Shown: piece by piece, positions 62,400-64,000 of the stretch | Position numbering within the stretch: the stretch's first letter is position 1 | Layout: each line of letters starts with the position of its first letter | NCBI RefSeq assembly: GCF_001194135.2 | Contig: NC_069000.1 | Span: 29,922,869-29,986,868, forward strand | Direction: 5' to 3' | Origin: Octopus bimaculoides | Taxonomy: Eukaryota | DNA length: 64,000 nucleotides | Notes under the pieces: model-generated | Databases searched by the model: none | What the model was told of the DNA's origin: nothing | Seen by the model: the letters and a program-made list of their open reading frames with translations, nothing else | Program-made: the position numbers and the translations under genes

Positions 62400-63305
62400 T
62401 CTAGGATATGATAGAAATGACACAAAATTTCAAAGTTAAGGAAAATAAAATAGGATCCAAAAATAGGAGGGTGCTCCATCTACGCCCATTTCAGAGGTAC
62501 ATTACCAGTCATGGTTAAAAATATACGCAATGTCCCCATCATCAGGATATGTTCTCCTTGGTGGCTGCCATCGTACAAAAAGCAGAATCAAGAGTTCCTA
62601 ATGAAATGTTTTACAGCTCATATGCAAATGATCCCATGTTTTCTATGAGTGGAAGAATACAGATACCTGGGAATCATAATTATAACTACAACCATTATTC
62701 TAATTCAATTCCCTTGTAGATCTAATTTTATAGGTTTTTAGAAATGTAGAGTGAAATTTATGGCTACAGGAGGGGATTGTGTCTGAAAACTTATTTAACA
62801 CATTAGCATTATATAATTTAAGGATTATATATGATTCCCTGACACACAATGTACACCTATCAGAATCATTACCATATGGGGGAGCCCTCACAATTATGGA
62901 CCATGTCAGGTCATAAGGAAAGTTACTATCCCTAAGTTTATTTATATATGCTGCTAAGGTAGTGGAGTTCTTATACTTGGGATTTTGAAAAGGAATTCAG
63001 ATGGGTCCTATATCTCCTTTTGAAATCTATCATACTACCTATATATATCTTGTTTTGTCTATTGGGTATGCTAACTATACATTTATACACCACATTATAT
63101 TGAAGACATGATCCTGCAAGTGGACAGATTTTGGGGGTTCTACAGTTACAAATTTTATTCAGTGGCAACCTACTATTAATGTTCTTATTTATATTGCTAA
63201 CATTATTAATATCATTAGATTGGGATATGGTACCTGATTCATTAAAGTTTGATTATCATTTGTTACATTAGTATTTGGGGTTGACACCTTAACTTTACTG
63301 TTATT
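62400..63305 (-). mobile_element. Penelope-like element 3' fragment (GIY-YIG endonuclease + 3' non-coding region)
   Basis: CNCRTPKICPLAGSCLQYNVVYKC..KIYIGS..FKRRYRTHLNSF /frameshift/ KNSTTLAAYI..TWSII..RCTLCVRESYIIL..VLNK..SCSHK..*, the typical PLE C-terminus; stop at 62700. Confidence 0.88.
62477..62549 (-). ncRNA. Minimal type I hammerhead-ribozyme-like motif in the Penelope 3' region
   Basis: uauc-CUGAUGA-u-ggggacauugc..guaaugu(a)ccuc-u-GAAA-u-gggc-g-UA/gaug. Confidence 0.65.
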
Positions 63306-63308
63306 TCC

Positions 63309-63580
63309 ACACTGTAAAGTCGCTGGCATTTGGAAGGGCATCCAGCTGTAAAAATCATGCCAAAACAGACACAGAAACATGGTGCTGGCCAGCTCCTGTC
63401 AAACCGTCCAACCCATGCCAGCATGGAAGGAGAACATTAAACAATGATGATGATGCCGATATGGGTTGGACAGTTTAACAGGAGCTGGCCAGACAGGAGC
63501 CAGCATCATGTTTCTGTGCCTGTTTTGGCATGGTTTTCACAGCTGGATGCCCTTCCAAATGCCAGCGACTTTACAAGTGT
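63309..63580. repeat. Tail-to-tail inverted pair of family C repeats
   Basis: Arms 63309-63416 and 63461-63580 share gtaaagtcgctggcatttggaagggcatccagctgt. Confidence 0.9.
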
Positions 63581-64000
63581 AGAAATAAGGGTAANNNNNN
63601 NNNNNNNNNNNNNNNNNNNNNNNNNNNNNNNNNNNNNNNNNNNNNNNNNNNNNNNNNNNNNNNNNNNNNNNNNNNNNNNNNNNNNNNNNNNNNNNNNNNN
63701 NNNNNNNNNNNNNNNNNNNNNNNNNNNNNNNNNNNNNNNNNNNNNNNNNNNNNNNNNNNNNNNNNNNNNNNNNNNNNNNNNTATATATATATATATATAT
63801 AATATAAATATAATATAATATATATATATATATATATAATATATATATATATATATAATATATATAGTTGAGTATTTAGCCTAATAACCCCTACCAAGTC
63901 TGCATCTGCTGCCTTCCTTCAGTCTCTCAACACCCTCCCTTCTAGTGATACGACTCTGCTACTTATCTAACTAAATCTACAATCATACTTTTGTTTCCTT

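Overview
AT-rich eukaryotic draft-assembly sequence with 10 N-gaps and many microsatellites. The SINE, MITE and LINE repertoire looks like an octopus genome; that is my inference from repeat recognition, not a database result. There are no prokaryotic-type genes, CRISPR arrays, rRNAs or true tRNAs. The only host coding sequence I can support is one 117-nt exon on the minus strand (14032-14148, VDSQPEYGDSRERVKTFTFDYCYDSSGPPNMPGYASQQL). It belongs to a kinesin-3 motor domain most like STARD9/KIF16A and is missing from the ORF track. The rest of the window is therefore probably intron of that gene and is packed with mobile DNA. This includes at least three tRNA-derived SINE families (one forming head-to-tail arrays in (AAT)n), RTE and R4/Dong-type LINE fragments, a Penelope-like fragment, TTAA-flanked and hAT-like MITEs, and four Tc1/mariner-superfamily elements (DD34D mariner, DD41D-like, DD34E fragment, and a full-length 1227-bp DD36E Incomer-like copy). 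The most interesting observations are two hammerhead-ribozyme-like motifs plus a half copy, the DD36E element in a putative mollusc, a PHD-like finger inside an RTE ORF2, a probable heterozygous SINE insertion assembled as a false duplication, and several long inverted repeats able to form dsRNA in the pre-mRNA. Almost all ORF-track entries are spurious (microsatellite, N-run or repeat-derived). Repeat coordinates are read by eye and are approximate to about 10-20 bp unless termini are quoted.
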